From positions 373,798,001 through 373,862,000 of the forward strand of contig OZ024741.1 in assembly GCA_964016885.1 (NCBI GenBank): 64,000 nucleotides of DNA, given 5' to 3'. The position numbers and the translations under genes were made by a program. The DNA is from Eledone cirrhosa. Lineage: Eukaryota. A model generated the notes under the pieces. That model was not told the DNA's origin. It saw only the letters and a list, made by a program, of their open reading frames with translations, and did no database searches. This document shows, piece after piece, positions 1-18,530 of the stretch (the stretch's first letter is position 1; each line of letters starts with the position of its first letter).

Positions 1-2825
<2,825 letters not shown>

Positions 2826-2826
2826 G

Positions 2827-2935
2827 GTGGAGGCGCGTAGCTGAGTGGTTAGATCATTGGATTCACAATCGTGAGGTTGTGAGTTCGACTCCCGGACTTT
2901 GAGCAAGACGCTTTATTCACGTTGCTCCTTCTACC
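2827..2935 (+). mobile_element. tRNA-derived SINE family A, 5' part
   Basis: A-box tagctgagtgg, B-box gagttcgactc, then ttgagcaagacgcttt; homologous to 3248-3537. Confidence 0.8.
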
Positions 2936-3247
2936 TGGAGTTGCAACCGATAGATAGTGTAAGCAATTGGAAAGACCAATGGGAACATTGTTTCCTCGGT
3001 CCTATTTGAAGAAAGTCGATCGTTATATATATACAGGAATGGCAGAATCGTGAGAGCGTCGGATAAAATGCTTTAAAATGTTCCTACTCTTTGCATTCTG
3101 AGTTCAAAGCCCGCTGAGATCAACTTTGCCTTTCACCCGATCGGAGTCGATAAAACAAAATACCTGCCACAGACTGCATATCTTGTACCTAGACTAGAAA
3201 TCGTTATATATACTCAAATCAAATAGTCTCCCCTATATTAATCAAAG

Positions 3248-3537
3248 TGGAGGCGGGTGACCTTGTGGTAAGGGCGTTGGTCGTCCGATCGTAATGTCGT
3301 GAGTTCGATTCTTGGACTGTATTGTGTGTTGTGTTCTTGAGCAAAATACTTTATTTCACGTTACTCTAGTATATTCTAGTTACTCCAGTATATTCAACTA
3401 AAAATGAATACCAGCAATAGCTGGCGTCCTGTCCAGGAGGAAGTCTTGTACTCTCAGTCGCTTCACGCTACGGAAATCTGGATAAATGCCAGTCTGATGA
3501 GCCGCCGGACTCGAGACAGACTTTAGAGACTTTAGAC
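3248..3537 (+). mobile_element. tRNA-derived SINE family A, full copy
   Basis: tRNA-like head (gagttcgattc), body cgtcctgtccagg...gtactctcagtcgcttcacgc, tail (gacttta)n; reverse copy at 16752-17033. Confidence 0.85.
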
Positions 3538-4331
3538 ATTAATCAAAACAGACGTTTCTAAACTTTGTTTCCCGACACTTTATCGTGTCACCAATAATCT
3601 CCACCTGTGTCGCAAAATTTTTTTTTGTTTTTTTTTACTAATATTTGACTGTGAAGAATATTTGAGATCTGACAATTCTATATACATTTAGACATGTGAC
3701 CAGTGACACGTTAATTTCCTGTTTGGTAAAATGGATAAGTTTTAAAGTATTTGCGAACAGATGGAATTACTCAAGATCCTAATGTTCAAGGTATTGCATT
3801 AATGGATAAGAAGAAATCAATAGGAAAATGTTCTCAGCCGCGTTTAAACAATGAAGAATAAATGAATCTGGTGACAAAAGAAATCCTTGTCTTCAGTATT
3901 TGACTTGTGGTGATGTGGTTACAAATGTCAATATGGTGGAGAATAAATTAAAGCACCAAACATTATCATTAGTCAAGAAAGTCAGACGAATACCTAAAGG
4001 AGCTTTCTACATCCATTAAGAAGCCAACTGCAATATTCAGCAAGAAATTGAAAATATCAGATAATGCTCAAGGGGGAAGTTACTTAGTTGTTCAAATAAT
4101 AACCAGAAGAAAAAAAGAAGTTAAATACTATTGCAGAAATTGCCATAAAACATATTTGTTGTGTGACAGATTGAAAAATGTTTAGACCTGCATTTGAATC
4201 GGCAATAAGACAAAAAGAAAACATAACTTTAGAAGACAATACGACTAATAGACGGATTCAATATATGTTTCAAGATATAAAAAATACAAGAGAAAGTTTG
4301 TTTCTTTCTTTATATATATATCCGTGTGTGC

Positions 4332-4399
<68 letters not shown>

Positions 4400-4915
4400 C
4401 ACTCTTGAGTGCTACTGTTAACATGTAACCCAGTACAACCTGTCTCATGGTCAGGTCGTCGGCGACTAAACCGGCAACCCCACCAAGCTTGCTTAGTGAG
4501 GAGGGTGATATTTGGACACCTTGAAGGATGAAATACAAGACCTTGCAAAGGGCAGAGGAACTCAGCAGAGTCAATAGCCATCCAAATAGTACTTTTTTTT
4601 TCACCTGAGAGTAAAAGGCCCCCAGTTGTTGCCACAACACCTTTCTAAGAGAGGGGAAACTCTGAAAAAAACCTGCGGCTTCGGAAGCATCCGATGATGT
4701 TGACCAGTTCTCCTTTTTGGGTAGTGTTTTCGATGCTCAGAGAGTGGGATTGGTCGAGTGCAAGGCTTTTCACTACTTAAAAAACCTTCAAAGCACAGGC
4801 ATTGCTTGTTCAAGATATGTTACAGGTTCGTATGGCTGGCTGTAGCCTAAACGTACACCATTTTCTGTAATCTGACAAGCGATTGCAATACTCTTAGCAG
4901 AGTTTGCAGTCACCA
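4400..4915 (+). mobile_element. Bipartite RTE-derived non-autonomous element, diverged subfamily
   Basis: Shares gctactg..cccagtacaacctgtc..ggcgactaaac..gaggagggtga and cacaggcattgc with 30408-31020; ends gcagtcaccat. Confidence 0.7.
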
Positions 4916-4931
4916 TATATATATATATATA

Positions 4932-4975
4932 TACCACTGATGATGTCACAGATGTGTGACGAAAGAACTTTGATA
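4932..4975 (+). ncRNA. Minimal hammerhead motif forming a whole ~45-bp island in (TA)n
   Basis: tacca-CTGATGA-t-gtcaca(gatg)tgtgac-GAAA-g(aa)c-TT-tgata; stem I 4 of 5 pairs. Confidence 0.6.
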
Positions 4976-4978
4976 GAC

Positions 4979-5009
<31 letters not shown>

Positions 5010-5174
5010 CTGTATTTTTAACTGTTGGTCAATCAATGATAAACGTTGATTGCCAGATAAATTAACTATGGAGATATAAAAGATATAGAAGCGAAAACCA
5101 GCCCAAACCAAACAGCGAGAGTGCTTTATTATTATTTCTGGCAATATTATAACAATATGACCTTCCCAAAATAT

Positions 5175-5205
<31 letters not shown>

Positions 5206-5280
5206 GGAACGAGTAGGACCCCGACGGCTGAGCTCAAGCCGTTTCGAGGGCTAATTCTGGACTAAATGAAAAATGAAAAA

Positions 5281-5312
<32 letters not shown>

Positions 5313-5433
5313 ATATAAGATGGTTGGTCTGCAACTAGATTAGTCAACAGGTCTAAGTAGATTATAATTATTATTATTATTTATTACGCTGTATTAATGT
5401 GTTGTTGTTGTTTTTGTTGTTGTTTTTTTTTTG

Positions 5434-5815
5434 CATAAAGCCAGCAAGTTGCAGGGAAGGGAAGGTCGATTATATCGATCTCAGTACTTGAATAATACTT
5501 TATTTTCTCGACCTCAGAAGGATAAAAATCAAAGTTGACTACAGCGGGATTTGAACTGAGAGCACCAACATCTGGAACAAAATCTCCAATGCTGTAAAGG
5601 TTCGACTGCCTTCACGTGTTATTAATTTCGGGGTCAGTAATTTCGGGGGAGCGGGAAGTCTATTAAACCGACCCCAGTGCCTGACTGGTACTTTATTTTA
5701 TCGACCCCGTAAGGATGAAAGGCAAAGTTAACCTCGGTGGGATTTGAACTCAGACCGTAAAGGGCCGTAACTATACTACAAAGCATGGTGTCCGACTCTC
5801 TACCGATACTGCCCT
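5434..5815 (-). mobile_element. Two SINE family B copies
   Basis: Reverse complement of ctgagttcaaatccc..gaggttaactttgcctttcatcc..ggggtcgataaaataaagtaccag. Confidence 0.8.
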
Positions 5816-5849
5816 TCGCGTGTTATTAATAATAATTGAATTATACAGA

Positions 5850-6310
5850 AATCCTTGTGCTGTCAAGAAGTTCCTTTGGAAAGTTGAGGTGAAGATATAT
5901 TTGACAGTTTAGATAGTTTCGTGTAGAAATAATGGCATTGATAAATTGCATATGACTTTGTACAGATGGTGTCCCCTCAACAACTGGTTCATTAAACGGT
6001 TTTACAGCTTTGGAAAGAAAGGAGAATGCTAGTATTCTAATTCTAACCACTCATTGCATTTTACATGATGCAGCACTAATTGGGAAACCATTGGAGGTAG
6101 TTGTGGGAAAATGTTGTAGAGATGATCCATTATATTAAACGTCGATTTCTTAAATCGTAGTGGTGGGGTGGGGGTTAATATTTCTAAAGAGATATGGAAA
6201 AACTTTCAAAAGCCTATTTTGAACACTGAATTCGTCGACACTGAAGAGGTCGACTGTTTTGTCGTGTGAACGATATGAGGGAAATGATGTTTAAAGCTTT
6301 CCAAGAGAAT
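5850..6310 (+). pseudogene. hAT (Charlie/Buster/SPIN-like) transposase fragment
   Basis: Manual translation gives GEDIFDSL, CTDGVPSTTGSLNGF and TTHCILHDAAL, matching the CTDGAxAMxG and HCxxH motifs; stops and frameshifts present. Confidence 0.75.
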
Positions 6311-6333
6311 TAGCATTATACTTAATTCACTTA

Positions 6334-6527
6334 GGGCGGTGGATTGGCAATATCGGTAGAGGGTCGGACGCCATGCTTTGCAGCAAAGAGTTACTTCCCT
6401 TTACGGACTGAGTTCAAATCCCACCGAGGTTAACTTTGCCTTTCATCCTTACGGGGTCGATAAAATAAAGTACCAGTAATACACTGGGATAATTGCTGGC
6501 CTTGTGCCAAAAAGTAGAAACAATTAT
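6334..6527 (+). mobile_element. SINE family B, full copy
   Basis: ggcggtggattggc...ctgagttcaaatccc...gcctttcatccttacggggtcgataaaataaagtaccag...ggccttgtgccaaaaagtagaaacaatt; about 20 related copies in the window. Confidence 0.88.
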
Positions 6528-7070
6528 ACTTAATTCACTTAATTCAAATCAGATTTAATTCAAATTGAGCCTTGGTAAATAAAATTGTCATACCTTTTCC
6601 ATATATTCTGACGCTTAAATGAACACTAACATTCAAGAGATTTCAAATGTTTACCAAAGCAGCTTGTATGTATATATTTATCCGTAACTCCTGGTGGTGT
6701 CGTGGGTGTGCCGTAGTGGCATACAGTGTCTTGGGCACTCTACAGGCACTTTCCACCTGGAGGAGTACATCTCTCCTCCTGTCTGAACACAGTAGATTTC
6801 TTCCAGAGAAGGAAGGAGACAGAGAGAGTGTGTGTGTGAGGGAGAATCAACCTAAGTACTGGACTGGTACATTATTTATTGACCTCGGAAGGGATGAAAG
6901 GTAAATTTGAACTTAGTCGGAGTGAAGAGAGTCGGAAAGAATACTACAAAGCATTTTATCCGACGTTCTAACGACTGCCCATTCGCTGCCTTTTAAAACA
7001 GCTTAGTACAAGGTAAAATGTAATATTAGTTCTTTAATCTTTGCTCATCTAACATTATTTTAAAGATAAA

Positions 7071-7700
7071 GGGCGGTGAATTGGCAATAGCGGTCGAGGG
7101 TCGGACGCCATGCTTTGCAGCACAGTTACGTCCCTTTACGGACTGAGTTCAAAACCCGCCGAGGTTAACTTTGCCTTTCATCCTTAAGGAGTCGATAAAA
7201 TAAAGTACCAGTAATACACTGGGATAATTGCTGGCCTTGTGTCAAAAAGTAGAAACAATTATTTTAAAGATAAATTGCATAGGTACTTCTCAAATACTAG
7301 AATACAATTTGATCAGAAACCCATTTGTTTCATCCTCAACAAACATTTTTTCACAGATTGCTGTACAACAGAGAAGAATTGACTGAAATAAAATCAAAAT
7401 TGGAGTTATTAATTATATATATAGGCGGTGAATTCGCAGAGTCGTTAGGACGTCAGATAGAATGCTTTACGGTATTCGTCTCACCACATTCCGAGTTCAA
7501 ATCCCGCCGAGATCAACTTTGCCTTTCATCCTTTCGAGGTCGATAAAAAAAGCACCAGTCCAGTACTGGGGTTCGATTCTTCCTCTATAGAAATAATCGG
7601 TTGTGTTCAGACCTGGAGAGGGTTGGGTTCCGCCAGGTTTAAATGTGCCCTAGACATGCCGTATGACGGTGCCTCTACGACTCGTCGGGGAGTTATGGGA
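7071..7700 (+). mobile_element. SINE family B copies (7071-7262; 7423-7700 with alternative tail)
   Basis: Near identity to 6334-6527; the second copy has tail ccgccaggtttaaa...tacgactc, shared with copies near 16015, 41700 and 62220. Confidence 0.82.
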
Positions 7701-9100
7701 TCTTTATCCATTTTTTAATATAGGGAGTAAATTTAAACGTTTCTGGTTTAGAGATATATTCTAGTATAGCAACGGAAGCGCTAGAAGATTCTTCTGTAGT
7801 TTTATAATAGGGGTATTTTGTGAATTTTGATTTTCAACTGTGACAAACGTAACTTTTAATATCATGTAATTATTTAGCAGAAAATATCTAAAAATAGATT
7901 TTTTTTTTAATTCAAATGTTTAAAGTATTTTTGTTTACTAGTGGAGGGATTGTTGTGAGATTTAGCAGTCAACCAAATTTAAGGTTTTATTTTACTAAGT
8001 GTTGGAGTCAGAATGTTGTTTTGTAATTTTCCTGAATGTCTTTCTAATGTGGTTTCATGTGGGAGTTAAAAGTTAAAGACACTGAAACGTGGAACTGTTA
8101 AAATGGTACATAATGTAAAGTTTTTCTCCATACAATATTCCTCAAATATTTAAGAATCGCGTTCTTCATATCAAGCTTACGTGTCCCATGGAATTATTTT
8201 CTTTTATATATGCTTCGAAAACAAAACTTAATCAATATGTCAAACATTTTACTTTTAAAAACTGTGTCGCCGTTGTAAAATGTTTGGAAAGCCTTTGTTT
8301 GGAAAAGTTAACAAATGAAAACAAAACGTTATTTTTTTCTGTTTTGTTTGTTTTTGTTTGTTTTTCAAATTAAATATATTTTTCCCTGCATCTGTGATCA
8401 ATATTTGAATCAATTTTGCACCACTGTTTACTTATACTCGTCAATGTTTGAAAAAAAACAACAATGTGTTGCTTTTAAACTCTATATGTAAACACATATC
8501 TTTTGTCTTTCGTTTTCCGTATAACCGATTTCGTTTTTTGTATATCATAACTGGTTGAACTTGCTTGTATCCAAAGAATTCACTAAAAAAATTAAAATTT
8601 CGAAAAACATTCTTTCTTTAGATACATATATATTTTTTAATAAAATTCATTGATAAAAAAAAAAATTATATTCGCGAGTTTCTGAGAATATAGTAACATC
8701 AATCGAACAAACAAACAAATCGGGGAGAAAAATAAGCAGACCCATATTATTTCTGTGAACATTATTTAATTTTTATTAATATTTTATTCAAGTTCCAAAG
8801 TAATATTTTGTTTAATGATCATAAGAATTATATGAATGAAAATTATAAAATCTGACTTTAAAAAGTATAGCGATGATTCAACTTAATGCAATTAAAACTA
8901 AAACAAATGGATATCTTAAATAGACGTACCGTACCTACACAGTCGTTACACAATTACACATTCATTATGGATTTTTTTATATTTTCATTGGTTGCAAAAT
9001 TTCACAGATGTTTACATTATATGTAGATGCATAGACACGCACACATACAAACACACATGCACATATTCACACACATATATATATGTATATGTATGTGTAT

Positions 9101-9132
<32 letters not shown>

Positions 9133-9212
9133 CTTTGTCTCTGTGTGTCTGTGTGTGTATGTATATATGTATATATATATACATACATACGTCTTTGTAT
9201 ATTTCCTAATTA

Positions 9213-9385
9213 CATCGGTAGAGGGTCGGACGCCATGCTTTGCAGCACAGTTACGTCCCTTTACGGACTGAATTCAAATCCCGCCGAGGTTAACTTTGCC
9301 TTTCATCCTTACGGGGTCGATAAAATAAAGTACCAGTAATACACTGGGATAATTGCTGGCCTTGTGCCAAAAGTAGAAACAATTA
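9213..9385 (+). mobile_element. SINE family B, 5'-truncated
   Basis: Near identity to 7071-7262. Confidence 0.85.
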
Positions 9386-9544
9386 TATTAGCGTTTTATA
9401 TATTTATTTTATTTCTTTGATCAAATCGAAAGTTTGTTGAAAACAAGTTAAACCAATAAATAATATTTACGCGCACACAGAAGATTGCACTAAAACAAAT
9501 AAATCAGATAGATAATATATTTGAAAATTAGTTATATATATATG

Positions 9545-9599
<55 letters not shown>

Positions 9600-9714
9600 G
9601 TGTGTGTGTGTATATATATATATATATACGTACGTTATTCCGGGTTGAATCGGAGGTAACCACAGTAAGTAAGGTACTCAATACATAGCAGAGTATAAAA
9701 GTTTTAATATAGAT

Positions 9715-9767
9715 GAGATTCTACAGGACTAGAATTGTTTCATTCTTTAGAAATCATCAGGAATCTC
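9715..9767 (-). ncRNA. Hammerhead motif in fold-back island 9632-9782
   Basis: Minus strand: gagattc-CTGATGA-t-ttc(taaa)gaa-t-GAAA-caa(ttctagtc)ctg-TA-gaatctc; U.U at 10.1-11.1; related island at 48568-48752. Confidence 0.7.
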
Positions 9768-9801
9768 ATCTATATTAAAACTATATATAGATATATATGT
9801 G

Positions 9802-9858
<57 letters not shown>

Positions 9859-9956
9859 CAAAGACCAGCATCTGAAGAGGTCTCGATAAGGGTGAAAGCA
9901 AAAAATCTTTACTTAAACTTTAATCTGTACTAATAGTAGATATATATGTGTGTGTG

Positions 9957-10001
<45 letters not shown>

Positions 10002-10043
10002 GTGTGTGTGTGTGTGTGTGTATGTGTGTGTGTGTGGTTGTGT

Positions 10044-10077
<34 letters not shown>

Positions 10078-10513
10078 TTATTTATTTTTTCGTTCATAGC
10101 GCAACTATTTTAGTTTGATTTTTAGATTAAATTTATGGATCTTACTATCTATCTATCTATTGTGGCTAATAAAGAAACATATCTATCTGACACGTTTTTA
10201 TTGTATGTAAACTTCCCCCTTTGTATTTGTGCCCTTCTTTTGTGCCCCTGTGGCTAATAAAGAAACATATCTATCTGTTATGTATGTATGTATATATCTG
10301 TATGTGTATATGAATATGTAAGAATGTATGTAAGTATATATGTAAGGATGTACTAAAACGTCAAAGAAACGTCGATGATGCATTTCAGTGCAAATCTACA
10401 GAGAGTGGTCAATACAACTAATGAGAGCCGCCATTAGAGTATTTGTTCTGGCTCTTTACGTTCTGAGTTCAAGTTCCCCTGAAGTCAACGCCACCTTTCT
10501 TCAATACCGGGTC

Positions 10514-12120
10514 CGAGGAGGTACGTGGTGTCCTGACACATCTCCGGAACAACAAAGCTCCGGGCGAGGATGGCGTTCCAGCTGAGGTCTATAAGGCCGA
10601 GCCTTATGTCTTCGCAGCTTGGCTCCATCGAGTCTTCTCCTCGGTGTGGGCGACGGAGCGGTTCGCTGGTGACTCGAGCGAGGCAACTCTCCTACCCTTC
10701 TTCAAAATAGGCGACAGGAAACTGTGTTCCAACTACAGGGGTATCAGTTTAATTGGCGTTGCTGCCAAGACCTTCGCAATTCTTCTGCTGAAGAGGTTCC
10801 AGGCCATCCGTGATGTCCGTACCCGTCCTTCTCAGGGCGGCTTCCGTCCGGGGAGGGGGTGCGTCGATCAAATCTTCAATTTCCGGCGTGTCCTGGAACA
10901 ACGGTGGGCACATCATCAGCCTACCGTCCTCTGCTTCATCGACTTTGCAGCTGCCTTCGACTCGGTAGATCGGAAGCCCTATGGCGTATAATGCAAGCGG
11001 GTGGCATCCCAGTGAAGCTGCTTCATCTCATACAAGGCTACTACCGGTCGACTCGGGCTCGAGTGAGGGTCTATGGTGGGGAGACGGAGTCGTTCGATGT
11101 TGGGACTGGTGTTCGGCAGGGGTGTGCGCTATCGCCAACTCTCTTTAACTACGTCATTGACTACACTCTCAACACAGCGCTCCGGGATTACCCGGGCGTA
11201 GAGGTCGGGAGAGGGGTCGTGGTGACGGACTTGACCTACGCGGATGACATAGTGCTGATGGACGCTAACGGGATAGATGTACAATGTGCTCTCGAAAGGG
11301 TGCACACCGCAGACGCCGCTGTTGGTCTACGAATCAATACCTCCAAATCGAAAGTCATGACGTCACTGGTCTCGCCTGATGCCTGGCAGCCAATATCTCT
11401 CGAGGGCGTGGACCTGGAGGATGTAGAGTCCTTCATTTACCTGGGCTCAACAGTGGTTCCAACGGGACAGGGCGCAGCCGAGGTCAAGCGTCGCATAGGT
11501 GCTGCCAGATTCGCTTTTGGGAGCCTCCAGCGGTGTCTGTGGGACAGAAGAGAGATCACCTCGACGACCAAAGGGTGAATCTACCAGGCCGTCATTCGCA
11601 CTATTCTCCTCTATGGCTGTGAAATATGGCCTATGAGGGTAGTCGATCAACGAGGGCTGGAAGTCTTCGACAATGACTGTCTCCGCCGTATTCTTCGCTG
11701 CCGACGCGTTGATCGGGTACCTACCACCAGTCTTCGTCTTTGCCTGAATCTTCTACCCCTTCCTTCGGTGCTTCTGAAACGGCGCTTGAGATGGTTTGGT
11801 CACGCAGCCCGGCGCGCTGAGGGTGAGTTGATACGCGATGTTCTCCTCCCATCTCCACTCCCTAACTGGCGCAAGCGCGTTGGCGGGCAGTTGAAGACCT
11901 GGGCAACGATGATCAAGGAGGACCTCTCCGAACTCTCAGGTCCGCAGGTGTCGGTCTGCGCAGATGGAACCGTGACTGGCTCGCTATCTCCAGTGACCTA
12001 GCCCGGGACCGTCTTGCGTGGGCTGCCATGGTTCGGGATGCCGTCAGGACAAGGGGAGAAGCCGGATCAACCCGTCCAGGGTGAATGTCGACACAAGTAC
12101 AAGTAAGTACAAGTACAAGT
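10514..12120 (+). mobile_element. 5'-truncated RTE-clade LINE (RT domain, frameshifted), GC-rich
   Basis: KAPGEDG, NYRGISL, GGFRPGRGCVDQ, FIDFAAAFDSV, GVRQGCALSP, YADD; (CAAGTA)n tail; TSD aataccgggtc at 10503-10513 and 12121-12131. Confidence 0.95.
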
Positions 12121-12459
12121 AATACCGGGTCGATAAAATAAAGTACTGGGATTTATTAAATTAACTTTATCCTCCAAAATGTGTTGGCCTTCTGCCTAAA
12201 TTAGAAATCAAAATGTATACACACACACACACACACACACAGACGCGCACATGCGCGCACAATCATACACACACTACACACATTCACAGACGCACGCAGA
12301 CGTGCGCAATCACACACCCAAATGTAAAGTAAATGAAATGAGTAGAAAAAAAATCAATGTAGAAAACTCAATAAAATGAATATATTTCTAACCGATAAAT
12401 TAATGGTTTCTGATTTAGGCACAAGGCCAACAATTGTGGGGTGGATAGGTTTAAGTCCA

Positions 12460-12506
<47 letters not shown>

Positions 12507-12539
12507 GAATAGCTTTCACCGTATTTTTGACTAAAGAAA

Positions 12540-13310
12540 TTTTAGCCTTATAATGGGGTTTAGAACCCTCAGATAAATGGAAAAAGATGAGTACGTCAAT
12601 ACTCAAGGTAAAAGTGATTGTCACAAGGATTGGTCAAAAGTTTGTTGTTAAGACACATGATTCTATCATGGCAATTTGTGGAAGGTAGGGGTAGCTGAAC
12701 TTGCCAGTAGAAGAAAGAGGGAGAGGGAGTGGAGGAAACCCAGTCAAGCGTTGAAAGTGAAAACTACAGCAGATTCTAAGGATAGAAGGTCGGAAAAGTA
12801 TACTAGAGAAGAGGAGGGGGGTTGAAACAATAAGTAAATCTAAAAGAAAGTAAATATATAAAAAATATAAAAAATATAAAAAACAATTTCTGGTTAGTAG
12901 TCCCCTTCCACAATCATCAAATCTCTCACTGGTACTGCTAAGCTATAGAAGAGTTTAATAAGTGGGAAGGAATACTAAATACGAGATTCTAGTGAAAGAA
13001 TTTTATGAGGCCATCATGACAGGGGGTCTACCACCACTACAATAGTTAGTAGTAATCGGCCAATACTATCTTACAATGACAGGTCAACAAGTTGAGGGCC
13101 AACACACTAAAAAAAACTAATACGAAATATTAATTCAGAATGCCCAAAAATAAATACTGATATACGAGAAACTAAAGCAGAAATACCACTAAGAAATCTA
13201 GAAATCACGGAAATGGGGCAGCAACCAGAGAAGAGAGCAAGTATCTGGGGTCTAGCACATCTGCTATAAAAAGCGGAATCGGCCAATTCTATCATAAAAT
13301 AAGGGGGGAA
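12540..13310 (-). mobile_element. Non-coding PLE-like terminal region (family H-A body)
   Basis: Homologous to 23380-23640 and, inverted, to 56900-57620. Confidence 0.55.
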
Positions 13311-13314
13311 ATAC

Positions 13315-15977
<2,663 letters not shown>

Positions 15978-16751
15978 AAGCGCTAGGCCAGAAGTTACAC
16001 AATAATATTTATTTAAGGCGGCGAAATCCTGTCGTGATCGACTTTGCCTTTCATCCTTTCGAGGTCGATAAAAAAGTTGCAGTCTCGTAATAGTGTCGAT
16101 TCTTCTTCTATATCTCACTTCCCCTCTCTCTCACTTTCTATCTTTCTCTGGGAGAAATCTGCTGTATGCAGGCCTGGAGAGAGATAGGATCCGTCAGACT
16201 TAAAATGCCCAAGAAACGCCGTATGTCAATACAGCGCCCGTACGACTCCATCAGAAATTACCTGACCATAACGTACCATTTATTATACGTGTTTCTATGA
16301 CACCAATGTGACGTTATCCGGACTATCCCAAACATGGTCGCGTTAATCAACAAGATATCGACCAACCCATATAATTTTGTTAACACCAGATGACGTCACA
16401 CTGATGCATGTCGTTGTTGTAATGACTGCACAACAGTTGCATGCCGGTGTCACAGAAGTCCCTATAATAAATATGATTGTATGATTTCTGCCTTAACATT
16501 CATTGGATACATGATAACTCCGTTACGTTTGATCGTCACCTCTAAGCTGGATAGATACGACTGACGTAGTGGGCTTTAACCTGCTTAAACCCGTTTATCA
16601 ACGAAAAGCCATTACGCAATTCTTACAGATAAACAACACAGCAACTAGCAAGCTATATATACACACACAAACATACATACACATAGATATACATATATAG
16701 ATATACATATATACATATATACACACACACATGCACACACACACATATATC

Positions 16752-17033
16752 TAAGTCTAAAGTCTGTCTTAAACCAGAAGGCTCATTTGGCCGGTGCTTA
16801 TCCCGGTTTCATGGCGTGAAGCGACTGAGAGTACAAGACTAACCCCTGGACAGGACGCCAGTCCATCGCAGGGTTAAACCCCCAGCTATTGCTGGTACTC
16901 ATTTTCAGCTGAGTATACTGGAGCAACGTGAAATAAAGTGTTTTGCTCAAGAACGCAACACGCAACCCAGGAATCGACCCACGACATTATGATCGTAAGT
17001 CCAACACTCTTACCACTAGGCCACGTGCCTCCA
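16752..17033 (-). mobile_element. SINE family A, full copy
   Basis: Reverse complement of the 3248-3537 family. Confidence 0.85.
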
Positions 17034-17069
17034 CTCACACACACATATATATATATATGTATATATATA

Positions 17070-17273
17070 AGAACAAGGAAAGTGTGTTAAAAAACGAGGT
17101 GGACCATAACGCACCGGAGTACTCGATACTTAGGATAGTAGAGTGGGTAATAGGAAAAGAGTAAGTACCCTGACGGCTGAGCTCCGGCCGTTTCGATAGC
17201 TAGATCCGAACCCATCCGATCTAGCTGTCGTAACGGCCGGAGCTCAGCCGTCGGGGTCCTGACTCCTTTCCTA
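17070..17273. mobile_element. Fold-back island, family H-A
   Basis: Inverted arms gacggctgagctccggccgtt.cgatagctagatc / gatctagctgtcgtaacggccggagctcagccgtc; flanked by (TA)n. Confidence 0.75.
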
Positions 17274-17692
17274 TATATATATATATATATATATATATTG
17301 GTAAACGGAATAGAAAATGCTGACAAATTGTTCACAGTGAAAAATAGTTTAATTTGAATAAGTGAGAATTAGTAATAGTATTGGTTAGTATTCAGTTTTG
17401 GTTTTAAGTTTTACCGGTTGCGCATTTCTAATGCTTTTCAAAAATAATTTTGAGATAGAGCGTCCGTGATGTTTGCTCTGATCTGATTAGTTTTGGGAAT
17501 TCTACCTGTTTTTATGTTAAAAAAGTGGCTCCAGCGGTATTAAAATAAGTTTTGCGCCAATTTGTGTTGCAAAAATTCTTGTGGTCAAAACAATTTTGAT
17601 TGGTCGGTAGAGGTCATGTGAATGTTAAAAATTGATTTTGCGCCAAATGTAGGTTTGTGTCGGCTGACTGAGAAATAAGTCTTTCACAACAA

Positions 17693-17748
<56 letters not shown>

Positions 17749-17838
17749 TAGTAGTGAAGAGGTTCGTTGTTGTGATAATGGTCAGCAGGGATGTGTGTGC
17801 GAACCGCAGCCTGTTGACAGTTCAAATGCCTATTAAGA

Positions 17839-17903
<65 letters not shown>

Positions 17904-18254
17904 CAGAGTAATTCGTGGTAGAGGGATGGTCAGTAGGAATGTGTCTGTAAGTGTGTGGGGGATATTTTAACATGTTAAAAGATATTTTTCAGCTCTTGTC
18001 TTATACGGAGAAGTGTGTGTGTGTGTGTGTATGTCTCTTTGTATGTTAATGTACGCGTGTGTATGTGTGTGTACATATGTGTGTGTGTGAGAGAGAGAAT
18101 GTGTGTGTGGGTGGACCAGTATTTATTTCTGGTAAAATGGTGTACATTATTCGATATTTTCAGTAAAATCGATTCTCTCAATAGAACATCAAAAACCTTA
18201 ATAATAAAAGGTGTGAAATGATATATAGTATTGGCATAATACCAAGGTGTGTGT

Positions 18255-18530
18255 GAGTGTGTCCAGATTGTACGTACTGCAAGGGGGATCCATTAGGCCT
18301 TGCCGTATTGGAATACCTGTGCACAAATATGTATCTGGAGTATGTCCAGAAATTGTATACCTGTGCACAAATTGTATACCTGTGCACAAATTGTACACAT
18401 GTATCTGGAGTGTGTCCAGAAATTGTATACCTGTGCACAAATATGTATCTGGAGTGTGTCCAGATTGTACGTACTGCAAGGGGAATTCATTAGGCCTTGC
18501 CGTATTGGAATACCTGTGCACAAATATGTA
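18255..18530. repeat. Complex minisatellite (tacctgtgcacaaat units with higher-order duplication)
   Basis: Direct reading; lies downstream of the PLE stop codon. Confidence 0.8.

Noticed and set aside
2827-2900. tRNA gene
   Set aside because: Imperfect cloverleaf that continues into a repeated SINE body.
3491-3522. CTGATGA in the SINE A tail as a hammerhead
   Set aside because: Followed by GAGA and a direct closing helix; no stem III or UH.
3560-4200. Possible piggyBac remnant (YYCRNCHK-like Cys motif near 4125)
   Set aside because: Too decayed; no TIR/TTAA pair or catalytic motif confirmed.
18255-18530. CRISPR-like array
   Set aside because: Eukaryotic context, the spacers themselves repeat, and there are no cas genes.
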